Part shown: positions 9,896 to 20,345 of the stretch, piece by piece
How positions within the stretch are numbered: the first letter of the stretch is position 1
Layout: every line of letters begins with the position of its first letter
Assembly: GCA_902825845.1 (NCBI GenBank)
Contig: CADECM010000005.1
Coordinates: 5,048 to 69,047 of the forward strand
DNA: 64,000 nucleotides
DNA from: an uncultured beta proteobacterium
Lineage (GTDB): Bacteria; Pseudomonadota; Gammaproteobacteria; Burkholderiales; SG8-41
Direction of reading: 5' to 3'
The notes under the pieces: generated by a model
The model's database searches: none
What the model was told of the DNA's origin: nothing
The model's input: the letters and a program-made list of their open reading frames with translations, nothing else
Program-made: the position numbers and the translations under genes

Positions 9896-10870
9896 ATGTT
9901 GAATCCGGCGATGCGCAATCGTGTTGCGGCGTTATGTGTGGCGTTGGGTTGCGCGGGTGTCGCGGCGGCCCAGCCGAAATATCCCACCAAACCGATACGG
10001 CTGCTGACGCCGTTTGCGGCGGGTGGCGGCTCCGACATTCTGGCGCGCCTGATCGGGCCGAAATTGCACGAGGCGTGGGGCCAGCCCATCGTCGTCGACA
10101 ATCGCGGCGGCGGCGGCGGCACACTGGGCGCGGGCATCGTCGTTGCCGCGGTGCCCGACGGCTACACCTTGATACTGGTGTCGGCCAGTTACGGTGCCAA
10201 CGCAGCGCTGTATCGACTGCCTTACGATTCGGTGACCGGGATAACGCCGGTCATTTTGATCGGCGAGACCGGGCTGGTGGTTACCATGCCGCCCGCCTCT
10301 CCGATACGCAGCATGAAGGCATTTATCGCCGACGCGCGGGCGAATCCCAACAAGTACAATTTCGGCTCCTCCGGCAGCGGCGGTCTCGGGCATCTGGCGG
10401 GCGAGTTGTTCATGCTGGAAAGCAAGGCAAAACTGTCGCACGTGCCGTACAAAGGCAGCGGGCCGGTGATGACGGCATTGCTCAGCGGCGAAGTACACAC
10501 CAGTTTCAGCAGCATCGTGCCCAGCATTCCGCATATCAAGGCAGGCCGCCTGCGCGCCATCGGCGTCACGCCCCCCAAACGCGTTAAGGCCTTGGCCGAG
10601 GTGCCGACCATCGGTGAAACCGTGCCGGGATACGAAGTGATTCACTGGTATGGCATCTGGGGGCCCAAGGGATTGCCGGACAACGTTGTCGGGCTGTGGA
10701 ACAGGGAAGTCGCGCGCATCCTGAAAACCGACGCCATGCAAACCTGGTTTGCGAGGGAAGGCATGGAACCGGCCGGCGGGCCGCCGGATCAGTTCCGCGA
10801 CCGTATTCGCAGCGACGCCGAAAAATGGAAGCGCGTGGTGCGCGAAGCAAAGATTCCGGTCGCCGGATGA
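9896..10870 (+). CDS. Bug-family (TctC-like) substrate-binding protein
   Basis: Signal peptide, then YPTKPIRLLTPFAAGGGSD and VDNRGGGGG. About 60 percent identical by eye to the copy at 1864-2829. Confidence 0.9.
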   Translation: MLNPAMRNRVAALCVALGCAGVAAAQPKYPTKPIRLLTPFAAGGGSDILARLIGPKLHEAWGQPIVVDNRGGGGGTLGAGIVVAAVPDGYTLILVSASYGANAALYRLPYDSVTGITPVILIGETGLVVTMPPASPIRSMKAFIADARANPNKYNFGSSGSGGLGHLAGELFMLESKAKLSHVPYKGSGPVMTALLSGEVHTSFSSIVPSIPHIKAGRLRAIGVTPPKRVKALAEVPTIGETVPGYEVIHWYGIWGPKGLPDNVVGLWNREVARILKTDAMQTWFAREGMEPAGGPPDQFRDRIRSDAEKWKRVVREAKIPVAG

Positions 10871-10888
10871 TTCTGCGATGATGCGCGG

Positions 10889-11827
10889 ATGCAGACCGCC
10901 GAACTCACCCGCATCATCCGCGAGATCGGCCGCGGCAAGAACGCGGCACGCGACTTAAACCGGCAGGACGCGCGCGCGCTGTTCGCCGCGATGCTGGACG
11001 GCGACATTCCGGATCTGCAGCTGGGCGCGGTACTGATGGCGCTGCGCATCAAGGGCGAATCGCTCGAGGAACTGGCCGGCTTTCTCGAGGCCTGCGAGGC
11101 GTGTTACCCGCATCTGCCGGCGCCCGCGGGTACCGTGCCGCTGGTGATTCCCGCGTACAACGGCGCGCGCCAATTGCCCAATCTAACGCCCTTGCTGGCG
11201 CAATTGGTGGCGCGTGCGGGCGTGCCGGTGCTGGTGCAGGGCGTGACGCATGACCCGGGACGCGTGACCACGCATGACGTATTTGCCGCGATGGGCGTCG
11301 CGCCCGCCGCCAGCACCGATGAAGCCGGCTTGCAGTTGCGCAATCGCGGCTTCGCGTTCATCGCCATCGACGTGCTGGCGCCGCCGCTGGCGCGCGTGCT
11401 CGCGATACGGCAGAAGATGGGTGTGCGCAGTTCGGGCCACACGCTGGCGAAGATGCTGCAGCCTTTCACCACACCGGCGGTGCGGCTGGTGAGCGTGACG
11501 CATCCCGAATACCTCACGCGCATGCGCGCGTTTTTCACGGGCTACGCGGCGCAGGCGCTGCTGTTGCGGGGCGCGGAGGGTGAAGCGGTGGCGCATCCGC
11601 GGCGCGAGCCGGCGATCGACTGGCTCGATGGCGGCTCGGTCGCGAGCTGGAACGCGGGTGCCGCCGAAACGCCGCTCTTGCCCGATAGCCGCGATGCCGC
11701 GGTGACCGCCGCGTGGATTCAGGAGGCGCTCGCGGGCACGCAGCCGGTGCCCGCCGCCATCACGCATCAGGTGACGTGCTGCATTAGAGCGGCACAATGC
11801 GTGGCCCGCGAACGGCCCAGGTCCTGA
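10889..11827 (+). CDS. Glycosyl transferase family 3 / TrpD2 (YbiB-like) protein
   Basis: The N-terminus IIREIGRGKNAARDL...LGAVLMALRIKGESLEELAGFLEA resembles the anthranilate phosphoribosyltransferase-like YbiB family. Confidence 0.75.
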   Translation: MQTAELTRIIREIGRGKNAARDLNRQDARALFAAMLDGDIPDLQLGAVLMALRIKGESLEELAGFLEACEACYPHLPAPAGTVPLVIPAYNGARQLPNLTPLLAQLVARAGVPVLVQGVTHDPGRVTTHDVFAAMGVAPAASTDEAGLQLRNRGFAFIAIDVLAPPLARVLAIRQKMGVRSSGHTLAKMLQPFTTPAVRLVSVTHPEYLTRMRAFFTGYAAQALLLRGAEGEAVAHPRREPAIDWLDGGSVASWNAGAAETPLLPDSRDAAVTAAWIQEALAGTQPVPAAITHQVTCCIRAAQCVARERPRS

Positions 11828-12107
11828 ATCGCGTCGATCACAATGCCGGTGCCGAGCGCGCGTAGCGGTAGCCTGGCGGCGAAAGTCTGATTTGTGTCAC
11901 CAGCGTGGACGGCAGATCGTAATAGACCACGTCGCGCGGGATCGGCCTGCCGATTTGCGGTCTGCGGTGTGATTGTGGGCAACGCATCCGCGTTCTGGTT
12001 CTCTGTGGCGGGTGAGGCCAGGCGGGCAACCCGCGCCGGTAACTCTGGCCATAATAGTCGCGAATATGGTGCCGCGTACTTTACGGCGCCGTCCGACGGC
12101 GTACGCG

Positions 12108-13061
12108 TCAGATGCTGTATTCGCGCGACTCGCGCTCGGCAGACATGCGCAATGCCGATTCAATCGTGGCGCGCGTTAAATTAGGAGAAAATAATTCAAT
12201 AAAATCATATACATATGATCTTATCTCAACACCATGGCGCAGCGCCAGGCGGGTCATGCTGCTGGCAAACAGATGCGATGCGTCGATCCTGCGCAAATCA
12301 TTGTCGGTGCGTTCGTCAAACGCCATCGCCGCGATGATGCCGACACCGAGGCCTTCCCTTACGTAGGTCTTTATGACGTCCGAGTCCAGCGCCGTCAACA
12401 CAATGTCCGGTTGCACGCCGGCACGGGCGAACGCCGCATCAATGTGGGGACGTCCGGTAAAAATCACTTCATACGTCACGAGGGGATGGCGCGCCAGTTC
12501 TGCGAGGGTCGGGCGTACCACGTCCGTTAGCGGATGATCCGGCGGCACTACGAGCACATGATTCCATGAGTAACAGGGGAAGCTCAAAAGGTCGTCGGCG
12601 AGCGCAAGTGATTCGGTGGCAATGCCGACGTCCGCGTCACCGCTGCGCACCGCATCCACGATGCGCTGCGGCTCGTACTGGTGGAACGCGAGTTTCACCT
12701 TGGGAAACCTGCGCCGGAACTGCGCCACCACGCGAGGCAGCGCGTAACGAGCCTGCGTGTGAGTGGTTGCTACCACCAGATCGCCCTGATCACGGCTGCG
12801 AAAGTCGGCTGCCGTGGTTCGCAAGTTCGCCTGCTCCAACAGCAGGCGCTCGACAATGGGCACGATTTCCCGTCCGGCAGCTGTGTAGCCCGTCAGGCGC
12901 TTGCCGTGGCGGGCAAACAACTCCACGCCAAGCTCCTGTTCCAATTCGCGAATTTGCCGGCTGATCGCCGGCTGCGTGGTGTGCAGCACCTGCGCCACCG
13001 TCGACAGGTTGAAGCCCTGATGCGAAGTTTCCTTGACCGCACGCAGTTGTTGGAGATTCAT
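12108..13061 (-). CDS. LysR-family transcriptional regulator, CysB/Cbl-like
   Basis: The N-terminal HTH reads MNLQQLRAVKE...NLSTVAQVLHTTQPAISRQIRELEQELGVELF. It is divergent from the sulfite reductase operon across a 250-bp AT-rich gap. Confidence 0.85.
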   Translation of the reverse strand: MNLQQLRAVKETSHQGFNLSTVAQVLHTTQPAISRQIRELEQELGVELFARHGKRLTGYTAAGREIVPIVERLLLEQANLRTTAADFRSRDQGDLVVATTHTQARYALPRVVAQFRRRFPKVKLAFHQYEPQRIVDAVRSGDADVGIATESLALADDLLSFPCYSWNHVLVVPPDHPLTDVVRPTLAELARHPLVTYEVIFTGRPHIDAAFARAGVQPDIVLTALDSDVIKTYVREGLGVGIIAAMAFDERTDNDLRRIDASHLFASSMTRLALRHGVEIRSYVYDFIELFSPNLTRATIESALRMSAERESREYSI

Positions 13062-13148
13062 GTTAATTGTTGGATTTCAGGCTGACACAAATAAATTACA
13101 AATGGAATGGTGGGGCATTGCCCACAAAACAGGTCAATAGACTTTATA

Positions 13149-13166
13149 TAACCTATTGTTATTAAA
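13149..13166 (-). repeat. AT-rich motif, copy B
   Basis: The minus strand reads TTTAATAACAATAGGTTA. Lies in the cysB-like/cysI divergent region. Confidence 0.7.
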
Positions 13167-13312
13167 CATATAGTTTTTTGTAAAGGAATTTTGTCACAGT
13201 ATATATATCACAAATTATATAAGTAAGTTCAAAAATAGTACTTTACAGCATATAACGTTTCATCGATCATCGCAACCCTGTCAAAACGGCAATCAAAACA
13301 AGGGCGTTCGAC

Positions 13313-15013
13313 ATGTATCGATATGACGACATCGACCAGCGGATCGTGGCAGAGCGAGTGGCCCAGTTTCGCGACCAGACCCGGCGTTTTCTGTCCGGCC
13401 AGTTGGGCGAAGACGAATTCAAGCCGCTGCGCCTGCAAAATGGCCTTTACATTCAAAAGCATGCGCCGATGCTGCGGGTGGCCATTCCGTACGGCCTGCT
13501 GTCCTCCGCGCAGGTGCGCATGTTCGCGCACATCGCGCGCAAGTACGACCGCGGCTACGGCCACTTCAGCACGCGCCAGAACATCCAGTACAACTGGCCC
13601 AAGCTGGCGCAGGTGCCGGACATTCTCGCCGACCTGGCCAAGGTCGAAATGCACGCGGTGCAAACCAGCGGCAACTGTATCCGCAACATCACGACCGACC
13701 ATTTTGCCGGCGTCGCGCCCGATGAAATCGTCAACCCGCTGGTATGGACCGAGGTGCTGCGGCAATGGTCGACCTTTCATCCGGAATTCGCGTTTCTGCC
13801 GCGCAAGTTCAAGATCGCGGTGTCGGGCGCACAACAGGACCGCGTCGCGATGCAGTTGCATGACGTCGGTCTGCAGGCCGAGCGCAATGCGCAAGGCGAA
13901 GTCGGCTTCAAGGTTTACGTCGGCGGCGGCATGGGCCGCACACCGGTGATCGGCAAGGTGATCCGCGAGTTTCTGCCGTGGCAACACCTGCTCACCTATC
14001 TGGAAGCCATCATTCGCGTCTACAACCGCTATGGCCGCCGCGACAACCTCTACAAGGCGCGCATCAAGATTCTGGTGAAAGAACGCACGCTGGCGGTGTA
14101 TCGCGATGAGGTCGATGCCGAGTGGGCGCAGCTGGTCGACGGCCCGGGCACGCTGACGCGGGACATGGTGGAAGGCATCGCGGCGCGCTTCACGCAGCCC
14201 CCGTATCGCGCGCTGCCGAAGGCGGATTCCGAACTCAAGACGTATCTCGACGCCGAACCGGCATTCGCGCGCTGGCACGGCCGCAACGTGCATGCGCACA
14301 AGACGCCCGGCTACGCCGCGGTCACGCTGTCACTGAAGCGCCCCGGTGTACCGCCGGGCGATGTCACCGACACGCAACTCGAGGCGATCGCCGAACTGGC
14401 CGATCGATACAGCTTCGGCGAGTTGCGCGTGACGCACGAGCAGAACCTGGTGCTGCCCGACGTCGAGCAGCGCGAACTGCACGCGTTGTGGCGCGAAGCC
14501 CGCGCGCTGGGCCTGGCCACGCCGAACATTGGTCTGCTGACCAATATCATCGCCTGCCCCGGCGGCGATTTTTGTTCGCTGGCGAACGCGGTGTCGATAC
14601 CGGTGGCGCTGGCCATCGACGAACGGTTTCAGGATCTCGACTACGTGCACGACATCGGCGAACTGGACCTGAACATTTCCGGCTGCATGAATTCCTGCGG
14701 CCATCATCACGTCGGCCACATCGGCATCCTTGGCGTCGACAAAAACGGCGAGGAGTGGTACCAGGTTTCCATCGGCGGCGCGCAGGGCAATCACTCCGCG
14801 CTGGGCAGGGTGATCGGCCCCTCATTCGCGCGCGCGGATGTGCCGGACGTGGTGGAAAAACTGATCGAGTTTTATCTGGAACAACGCGATTCGCCCGAAG
14901 AACGCTTCATCGACGTGGTGCAGCGGCTCGGTGTCGAACCTTTCAAGAAACACGTCTATGCCAACACTGATAAAAAACAAACGCATCGCACCCGACAGCT
15001 GGCAGTTGCTTGA
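13313..15013 (+). CDS. cysI: Sulfite reductase hemoprotein-type (nitrite/sulfite reductase 4Fe-4S/siroheme family)
   Basis: 566 aa. Contains the siroheme/4Fe-4S cysteine cluster motifs CPGGDFC and SGCMNSCGHHHVGHIG. Followed by DUF934 and SUMT genes. Confidence 0.88.
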   Translation: MYRYDDIDQRIVAERVAQFRDQTRRFLSGQLGEDEFKPLRLQNGLYIQKHAPMLRVAIPYGLLSSAQVRMFAHIARKYDRGYGHFSTRQNIQYNWPKLAQVPDILADLAKVEMHAVQTSGNCIRNITTDHFAGVAPDEIVNPLVWTEVLRQWSTFHPEFAFLPRKFKIAVSGAQQDRVAMQLHDVGLQAERNAQGEVGFKVYVGGGMGRTPVIGKVIREFLPWQHLLTYLEAIIRVYNRYGRRDNLYKARIKILVKERTLAVYRDEVDAEWAQLVDGPGTLTRDMVEGIAARFTQPPYRALPKADSELKTYLDAEPAFARWHGRNVHAHKTPGYAAVTLSLKRPGVPPGDVTDTQLEAIAELADRYSFGELRVTHEQNLVLPDVEQRELHALWREARALGLATPNIGLLTNIIACPGGDFCSLANAVSIPVALAIDERFQDLDYVHDIGELDLNISGCMNSCGHHHVGHIGILGVDKNGEEWYQVSIGGAQGNHSALGRVIGPSFARADVPDVVEKLIEFYLEQRDSPEERFIDVVQRLGVEPFKKHVYANTDKKQTHRTRQLAVA

Positions 15014-15497
15014 ACCGGCCGCCGACGGCGGCTTGCCCGAGCTGCCGCTGACCGGCGACTGGGTGGTGCCGTTCGCGCTGTGGAAAGAGCAGCGTGCGCA
15101 AGGTGCGGGCGAGCGCAGCGGGCGCAACGGCGTGCTGCTGGAGAACACCGACGATCCGCGACAGCTGGTCGGGGACTTCGACAGGCTCGCGCTGATCGCC
15201 GTGCGCTTTCCGAAGTTCACCGATGGCCGCGGCTATTCGATTGCGCGCGAACTGCGCCGCCTCGGCTGGAAGGGCGAATTGCGCGCGGTGGGCGACGTGT
15301 TGCGCGACCAGTTGTTTTACATGACGCGCTGCGGCTTTGACGCGTTTGCACTGCGCGCGGATCAGGATGCGCAATCCGCGCTCACCGCATTCAGCGACTT
15401 CACCGCACCGTATCAGCCGGCGATTGATGACGGCGTGCGGCTGGGCTCGGCACGCGCCGAAACCACGCCGCCCGCCAACACGCTCAATCCGTGGTGA
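14958..15497 (+). CDS. DUF934-family protein associated with sulfite reductase
   Basis: Contains LIKNKRIAPDSWQLL...FPKFTDGRGYSIARELR, typical of the DUF934 partner of CysI. The start is uncertain (14958 ATG or 14931 GTG). It overlaps the cysI 3' end. Confidence 0.75.
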   Translation: MPTLIKNKRIAPDSWQLLEPAADGGLPELPLTGDWVVPFALWKEQRAQGAGERSGRNGVLLENTDDPRQLVGDFDRLALIAVRFPKFTDGRGYSIARELRRLGWKGELRAVGDVLRDQLFYMTRCGFDAFALRADQDAQSALTAFSDFTAPYQPAIDDGVRLGSARAETTPPANTLNPW

Positions 15498-15501
15498 GGC
15501 G

Positions 15502-16272
15502 GTGAGCGGGACCGTCCATCTCGTCGGTTCCGGGCCGGGCGCGCCGGATCTGCTGACCCTGCGCGCCGCGCGACTGCTGGAGCGCGCCGATATCGTGTTT
15601 TATGACGCACTGGTGCATCCTGAAACGCTGGCACTGGCCGCGCGCGCTGTGAAAGTTGCGGTTGGCAAGCGCAGCGGCAGACTGTCCACCGCGCAGCGTT
15701 TTATCAACAAGCAACTGATCGATGCCGCGCACAAATATCAAACCGTGGTGCGCCTGAAAGGCGGCGACCCGATGCTGTTCGGCCGCGCACAGGAAGAAAT
15801 CGATGCGCTGATGGCCGCAGGCATCGCGCTGCACATCGTGCCCGGCGTCAGTGCCGCATTCGCGGCGAGCGCGGATTTGCAGTGCTCGCTGACGCGCCGC
15901 GCGCTCGCCCGCAGCGTGGTGTTCGCCACGCCACGCGAAGCCGCGGGCAGCCGCGAGAACACCTGGGCACGGGCAGCAGCGGCGGCGGACACCGCGATAC
16001 TCTATATGGCTGCGGGCCAGGCACAGGCCGTGAGCGACGCGCTGATCGCGAACGGCGTGCCGGCCTCGCGACCGGCCGTGATCGTCGAAAACGCTTCAAA
16101 CACCGAGCGCAGGATCATTCCCGCGAACGTGGGCTCTCTGCACACGGCCGCGGAACATATCGGTGACGGTCCGGCGCTGGTGATGGTGGGCGAGGTTTAT
16201 GCGGACATCACTGCCGCAGGACTTGAATGGCCTGTTTCAGCATTACCTACGCGCGCACCCGTTACACCCTAA
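15502..16272 (+). CDS. cobA: Uroporphyrinogen-III C-methyltransferase (SUMT)
   Basis: GTG start 4 nt after the DUF934 stop. Contains VHLVGSGPGAPDLLTLRAARLLERADIVFYDALV and VVRLKGGDPMLFGR. Confidence 0.85.
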   Translation: MSGTVHLVGSGPGAPDLLTLRAARLLERADIVFYDALVHPETLALAARAVKVAVGKRSGRLSTAQRFINKQLIDAAHKYQTVVRLKGGDPMLFGRAQEEIDALMAAGIALHIVPGVSAAFAASADLQCSLTRRALARSVVFATPREAAGSRENTWARAAAAADTAILYMAAGQAQAVSDALIANGVPASRPAVIVENASNTERRIIPANVGSLHTAAEHIGDGPALVMVGEVYADITAAGLEWPVSALPTRAPVTP

Positions 16273-16285
16273 CTAATTGTTTTTA
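16270..16285 (-). repeat. AT-rich motif, copy C (5'-truncated)
   Basis: The minus strand reads TAAAAACAATTAGTTA. It overlaps the cobA stop codon. Confidence 0.65.
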
Positions 16286-16822
16286 TTTGGTTTTTAAGTT
16301 CTCCGCCGTTCGACCCACGGGCCTCTTGTGGCACGGTATACCGGCCGGGGATGCGCCCGGCTTTCCGCAGTTACTGCGCGGCGGCGCGCTGACGACCAAG
16401 GCACGATCAAGGCAACATCACTGATCGCTTGTGCCTGCGGAAACGTCGCCCCCCCTTGGAACTCGAAATACAAGACCCCTAGCTCGCGGCAACTTGATCC
16501 TTGCGCACGGACGACGTTGACTGGAACTCATTTCATCATTATTCACGCGTGCGACGCACGATCTGTGGGGGCCTCAGTTACGATCGAGACGAAGGACAAG
16601 CGCAGCAATATCTAAAATATTGCAAGCCTGGCCAACAAAGCAGCCCGCCCACGATGTCCTGTCCCCGGATGGGGAGAACGGGCCGCCATGCAGCACGCGC
16701 TTGATTGTGAGACAGGTTCCAACGTGGCCAACGGCAGGCTACGCGCAGCAACCCACGAACCACGGACTTTGAGAAAATGCCGTGTCGAATCGAGGCAACG
16801 TCCAACAGCAAGAAAGAACAAC

Positions 16823-17599
16823 ATGATCGAACGCACCATTTATGAGGGCTGTCCGCTGTGTGATTCCCTACGTGCGGTAATCCACCATGTCGGTGATTGC
16901 TCAAAACACCCGCTTTACAAAAAGCGGTTGAATCCGAAAATTGTCTGGAAAAAATGCGGGGATTGCGGGCACGTATTTACCGAAGGCTATTACACCGAAG
17001 AGGCCTGCAAGATCATTTTCAGCGGCACCAATGAAGAACAAAAAGTAGGCGGGCTCATCGAGAAAAACCGAATTGTTTCCGCCAGGATGATTGATAAGGT
17101 ATTGCCTTTCGCATCCGATGGTATTTGGCTGGACGTGGGCTTTGGCAACGGCTCACTGCTCTTCACTGCGCAAGAATACGGCTTCAGGCCGGTCGGCATC
17201 GACTTGCGCAGCAATAATGTGGACGTAATGAATTCGCTCGGTATCGAATCATATTGCACTACGTTGAGCGATCTGGTACTGCCTGATCAGTGCGCCGTTA
17301 TCAGCATGGCCGACGTATTGGAACATATTCCGTATCCCAGGACGGCGTTAAACGCGGTCAAGACTTTGCTCAGAACCGGTGGCGTATTGTTGATTTCGCT
17401 GCCGAATTCCGAGAACATGGTCTGGCAGGTAATGGATGAGCAAAATGCCAATCCGTACTGGGGCGAGATCGAGCACTATCACAACTTCAGCCGCACTACG
17501 CTGTATGCATGGCTGGGGCGGTTCGGCTTGAGGCCGGCGCGCTATGGCATCAGCGAACGGTATCGCGCATGCATGGAAGTCATTGCCGTGAAAAATTAG
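16823..17599 (+). CDS. Class I SAM-dependent methyltransferase with an N-terminal Cys4 zinc-ribbon-like motif; low GC
   Basis: Contains CPLCDS...CGDCGH, then LDVGFGNGSLL (SAM motif I) and ADVLEHIPYP. The gene and the 550-bp upstream gap are clearly less GC-rich than their flanks. Confidence 0.75.
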   Translation: MIERTIYEGCPLCDSLRAVIHHVGDCSKHPLYKKRLNPKIVWKKCGDCGHVFTEGYYTEEACKIIFSGTNEEQKVGGLIEKNRIVSARMIDKVLPFASDGIWLDVGFGNGSLLFTAQEYGFRPVGIDLRSNNVDVMNSLGIESYCTTLSDLVLPDQCAVISMADVLEHIPYPRTALNAVKTLLRTGGVLLISLPNSENMVWQVMDEQNANPYWGEIEHYHNFSRTTLYAWLGRFGLRPARYGISERYRACMEVIAVKN

Positions 17600-17840
17600 G
17601 CAGCGCGTTCTCGGCAATAATTTCCCGCGTCACCGCAGGCAGCCAAATCGCCCCCGCCAACGCAATCATGGCGCTGTTGTCGACTCATGATTTGCGCGCG
17701 GGATATTCTGAGGGGCAGCCGCGCACGCGCCGCGTATTCACGTCGCAAAGCAATCGGGCCACAACGTCGCGCGTCCTGTGCTCACCGCGAAAGCAAAGTA
17801 AAATCGCGCCGGTACACCAACCATTGGGACATCTCTCCAA

Positions 17841-18560
17841 ATGACTACCGATTTTTCCCACATCAAAGCGCTGGTGTTCGACGTTTTCGGCACCTGCGTC
17901 GATTTTCGCGGCAGCATCATCAAGGATTGCCGTGCGTGGGGCAAGGCAAAGGGCCTGCGTGTGAACTGGTCGAAGTTTGCCGATGCGTGGCGCGCGGGCT
18001 ATCGGCCGGCGATGGACCGGGTGACGCGCGGCGAATTGCCGTGGACAAAGATTGATGTGTTGCACCGGCTTATCCTCGATGATCTGCTGGTGCAATTCAA
18101 AATCAACGATTTGACCGAGGCCGAGAAGGACCATCTCAACCGCGTGTGGCACCGGTTGAAGCCGTGGCCCGATACGGTCAAGGGCCTCCGGCGCCTTAAA
18201 AAGCGCTACATCATTTCCACGCTGTCGAACGGCAACACCTCGCTGCTGGTGAACATGGCCAAGTTTGGCGGCCTGCCGTGGGATTGCGTGTTGTCGGCGG
18301 AGACGTTCCACCACTACAAGCCCGACGCCGAAGCTTATCTGGGTGCGGCGGACGCGTTCAGCGTCAGGCCCGATCAGGTGATGATGGTGGCGGCGCACAA
18401 GCACGATCTGTTTGCCGCACAAAAGCACGGCCTTAAAACCGCGTTCGTGCGCCGCCCGCACGAGCACGGCCGCAATTCCAACAAGGACCTCGCCGACGAG
18501 CCGTCATTCACCGTCAACGCGGATGACATGGTGGATCTGGCGGCAAAACTCGGCTGTTAG
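17841..18560 (+). CDS. Haloacid dehalogenase type II (HAD superfamily hydrolase)
   Basis: Contains ALVFDVFGTCVD (DxxGT-type motif I), STLSNGN, YKPD and a late AAHKHDL. Confidence 0.82.
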   Translation: MTTDFSHIKALVFDVFGTCVDFRGSIIKDCRAWGKAKGLRVNWSKFADAWRAGYRPAMDRVTRGELPWTKIDVLHRLILDDLLVQFKINDLTEAEKDHLNRVWHRLKPWPDTVKGLRRLKKRYIISTLSNGNTSLLVNMAKFGGLPWDCVLSAETFHHYKPDAEAYLGAADAFSVRPDQVMMVAAHKHDLFAAQKHGLKTAFVRRPHEHGRNSNKDLADEPSFTVNADDMVDLAAKLGC

Positions 18561-18578
18561 TTAACTACGGAGGACATC

Positions 18579-19190
18579 ATGCCCGCCCAAACCAAACGTC
18601 CCACGCAGGAAGAAATGAAATCGCGCATTGCGCGCTTCAAGGATCTGAAATCGACCAAGGCGCAGCACGGCGCCAACAAGGGCATTCCGCCCGAGGTGCT
18701 GGAGCTGATCACCGCCAGGACCACCTACAACATCATGTCGCCGCTGAATCTCGGCGGGCAGTTGTCGCCCACGCCGCCGGTGGTGGGCGGCGATGCCGGC
18801 GTGTTCCGGCTGGGCATCGTCACCTGCCCGCCGGGCAACGGCGCGGGACTGCATGTGCACTGGAAAACCCACGAAACCTTCATGGCGCTTACCGGCAAAT
18901 GGGAAATGATCTGGGGCGACAAGGGCGAGGAAAAGGTGGTGATCGAGCCGTTTGACCTGATGGCAGTACCGCCCGGGGTCACGCGCACGTTCAAGAACAT
19001 TTCCGATGCCGACGCGCATATGCTGGTGATTATTCAGGGCACGCCGGGCGAGTTCGACGACGTGGGGCGCGTGCCGGAAACCGCGGACAAGGTCGCGCAA
19101 AAGTTCGGACCGGAGATGGTCGACAAATTGAAAAGCCTCGGCTGGCAGTTCACGCTGGACGCAAATGCGCCGCCCGAGGCGTTCAAGTAG
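18579..19190 (+). CDS. Cupin domain protein
   Basis: Contains GNGAGLHVHWKTHETFMAL....MAVPPGVTRTFKN (cupin motifs 1 and 2). RBS ACGGAGGA. Confidence 0.7.
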   Translation: MPAQTKRPTQEEMKSRIARFKDLKSTKAQHGANKGIPPEVLELITARTTYNIMSPLNLGGQLSPTPPVVGGDAGVFRLGIVTCPPGNGAGLHVHWKTHETFMALTGKWEMIWGDKGEEKVVIEPFDLMAVPPGVTRTFKNISDADAHMLVIIQGTPGEFDDVGRVPETADKVAQKFGPEMVDKLKSLGWQFTLDANAPPEAFK

Positions 19191-19261
19191 GTGCAGCGAT
19201 GACGCTATGGGCGCAGCCGCCAAACCCTCGTGCCGTTCCCGCGCGGACGGAGACCCTTGCA

Positions 19262-20302
19262 ATGATTGAGAGCAAGATGTGTTATGGGTTGCCGCCGGTG
19301 CGGGAACGGCAGTGGTGGTGCACAGCATCGTTCTTGCTCGCAACATGTGCGTCCCTATCAGGGGGGCTGGCGCAAGCCGCTGACACAAGCGCAGTGCAGG
19401 CTTTTCCCACCCGCCCGATTCGCCTCGTCGTCCCGTTCCCCGCCGGCGGCACCGCCGATGTGATCGCGCGCGGCGTCGCCAGTGAAGTGGGCGCGCAGCT
19501 CGGCCAGACCATCGTCATTGACAATCGCGGCGGTGCCAACGGCATCATCGGCATCGACATCGTTGCCAAGTCGGCCCCCGACGGCCACACGCTGTTGCAC
19601 AGCACCGCGTCGATCGTGATCAATCCCAGCATCTATTCCCGGCTGCCGTACGACACCTTTCGCGATTTCGATCCAGTGACCAATCTGGTGTTGGGCACCG
19701 GCTATCTGGTGGTGCTGCATCCGGCCGTGCCGGCCAACACGGTCAGGGAACTCATTTCACTCGCGCGCAGCGGCAAGGTCAGCTACAGCTCGCCGGGCGT
19801 CGGCAACACCCTGCATCTGGCAGCGGAAATGTTTGCCACCCGTACCGGTGTGCATCTGCTGCACGTGCCATACAAGGGCGTAGCGCCGGCACTGGGCGCG
19901 CTGCTCGCCGGTGAAGTGCAAATGACACTGATCCCGCCCACCATTGCGGTGCCGCAGATCAAGGCAGGACGCGCCAAAGCGATTGCGTTTACCGGTGCCA
20001 CGCGCTTTGCCGGATTGCCGCAACTGCCGACCATGAACGAGGCGGGCGTCACCGATCTGGTGCTGACCGGCGCATGGCACGGCTGGTTTGCGGCGGCCAA
20101 ATCGCCGCCAAAAGCAATAGCGCGTCTGCATCAGGAAGTTGCGAAATCGCTCAAGCTGCCGAAGGTGCGCGAATTGATCATCGCCGGCGGCTACGACCCC
20201 GACGGCCGCAGCCCGGCCGAGTTCGCCCGGTTTCTGCGCGCCGAAACCGGGCGCTATGCGGAGATGGTGCGGGTGGCCAAAGTACCCAAAGTGTCCAACT
20301 AG
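19262..20302 (+). CDS. Bug-family (TctC-like) substrate-binding protein
   Basis: Contains FPTRPIRLVVPFPAGGTAD and IDNRGGANG. The start could be 19262 or 19277. Confidence 0.85.
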   Translation: MIESKMCYGLPPVRERQWWCTASFLLATCASLSGGLAQAADTSAVQAFPTRPIRLVVPFPAGGTADVIARGVASEVGAQLGQTIVIDNRGGANGIIGIDIVAKSAPDGHTLLHSTASIVINPSIYSRLPYDTFRDFDPVTNLVLGTGYLVVLHPAVPANTVRELISLARSGKVSYSSPGVGNTLHLAAEMFATRTGVHLLHVPYKGVAPALGALLAGEVQMTLIPPTIAVPQIKAGRAKAIAFTGATRFAGLPQLPTMNEAGVTDLVLTGAWHGWFAAAKSPPKAIARLHQEVAKSLKLPKVRELIIAGGYDPDGRSPAEFARFLRAETGRYAEMVRVAKVPKVSN

Positions 20303-20309
20303 AAAATTG

Positions 20310-20327
20310 TTTAAAAACAACAAGTTA
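20310..20327 (+). repeat. AT-rich motif, copy D
   Basis: TTTAAAAACAACAAGTTA. Starts 8 nt after the Bug gene stop. Confidence 0.8.
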
Positions 20328-20345
20328 CGTTCAAATTGCGCTGGC

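Noticed and set aside
16328-16343. TGGCAC at 16328, considered as a sigma-54 promoter (-24 element).
   Set aside because: The required TTGC -12 element is absent at the correct spacing (TGGCACGGTATACCGG).
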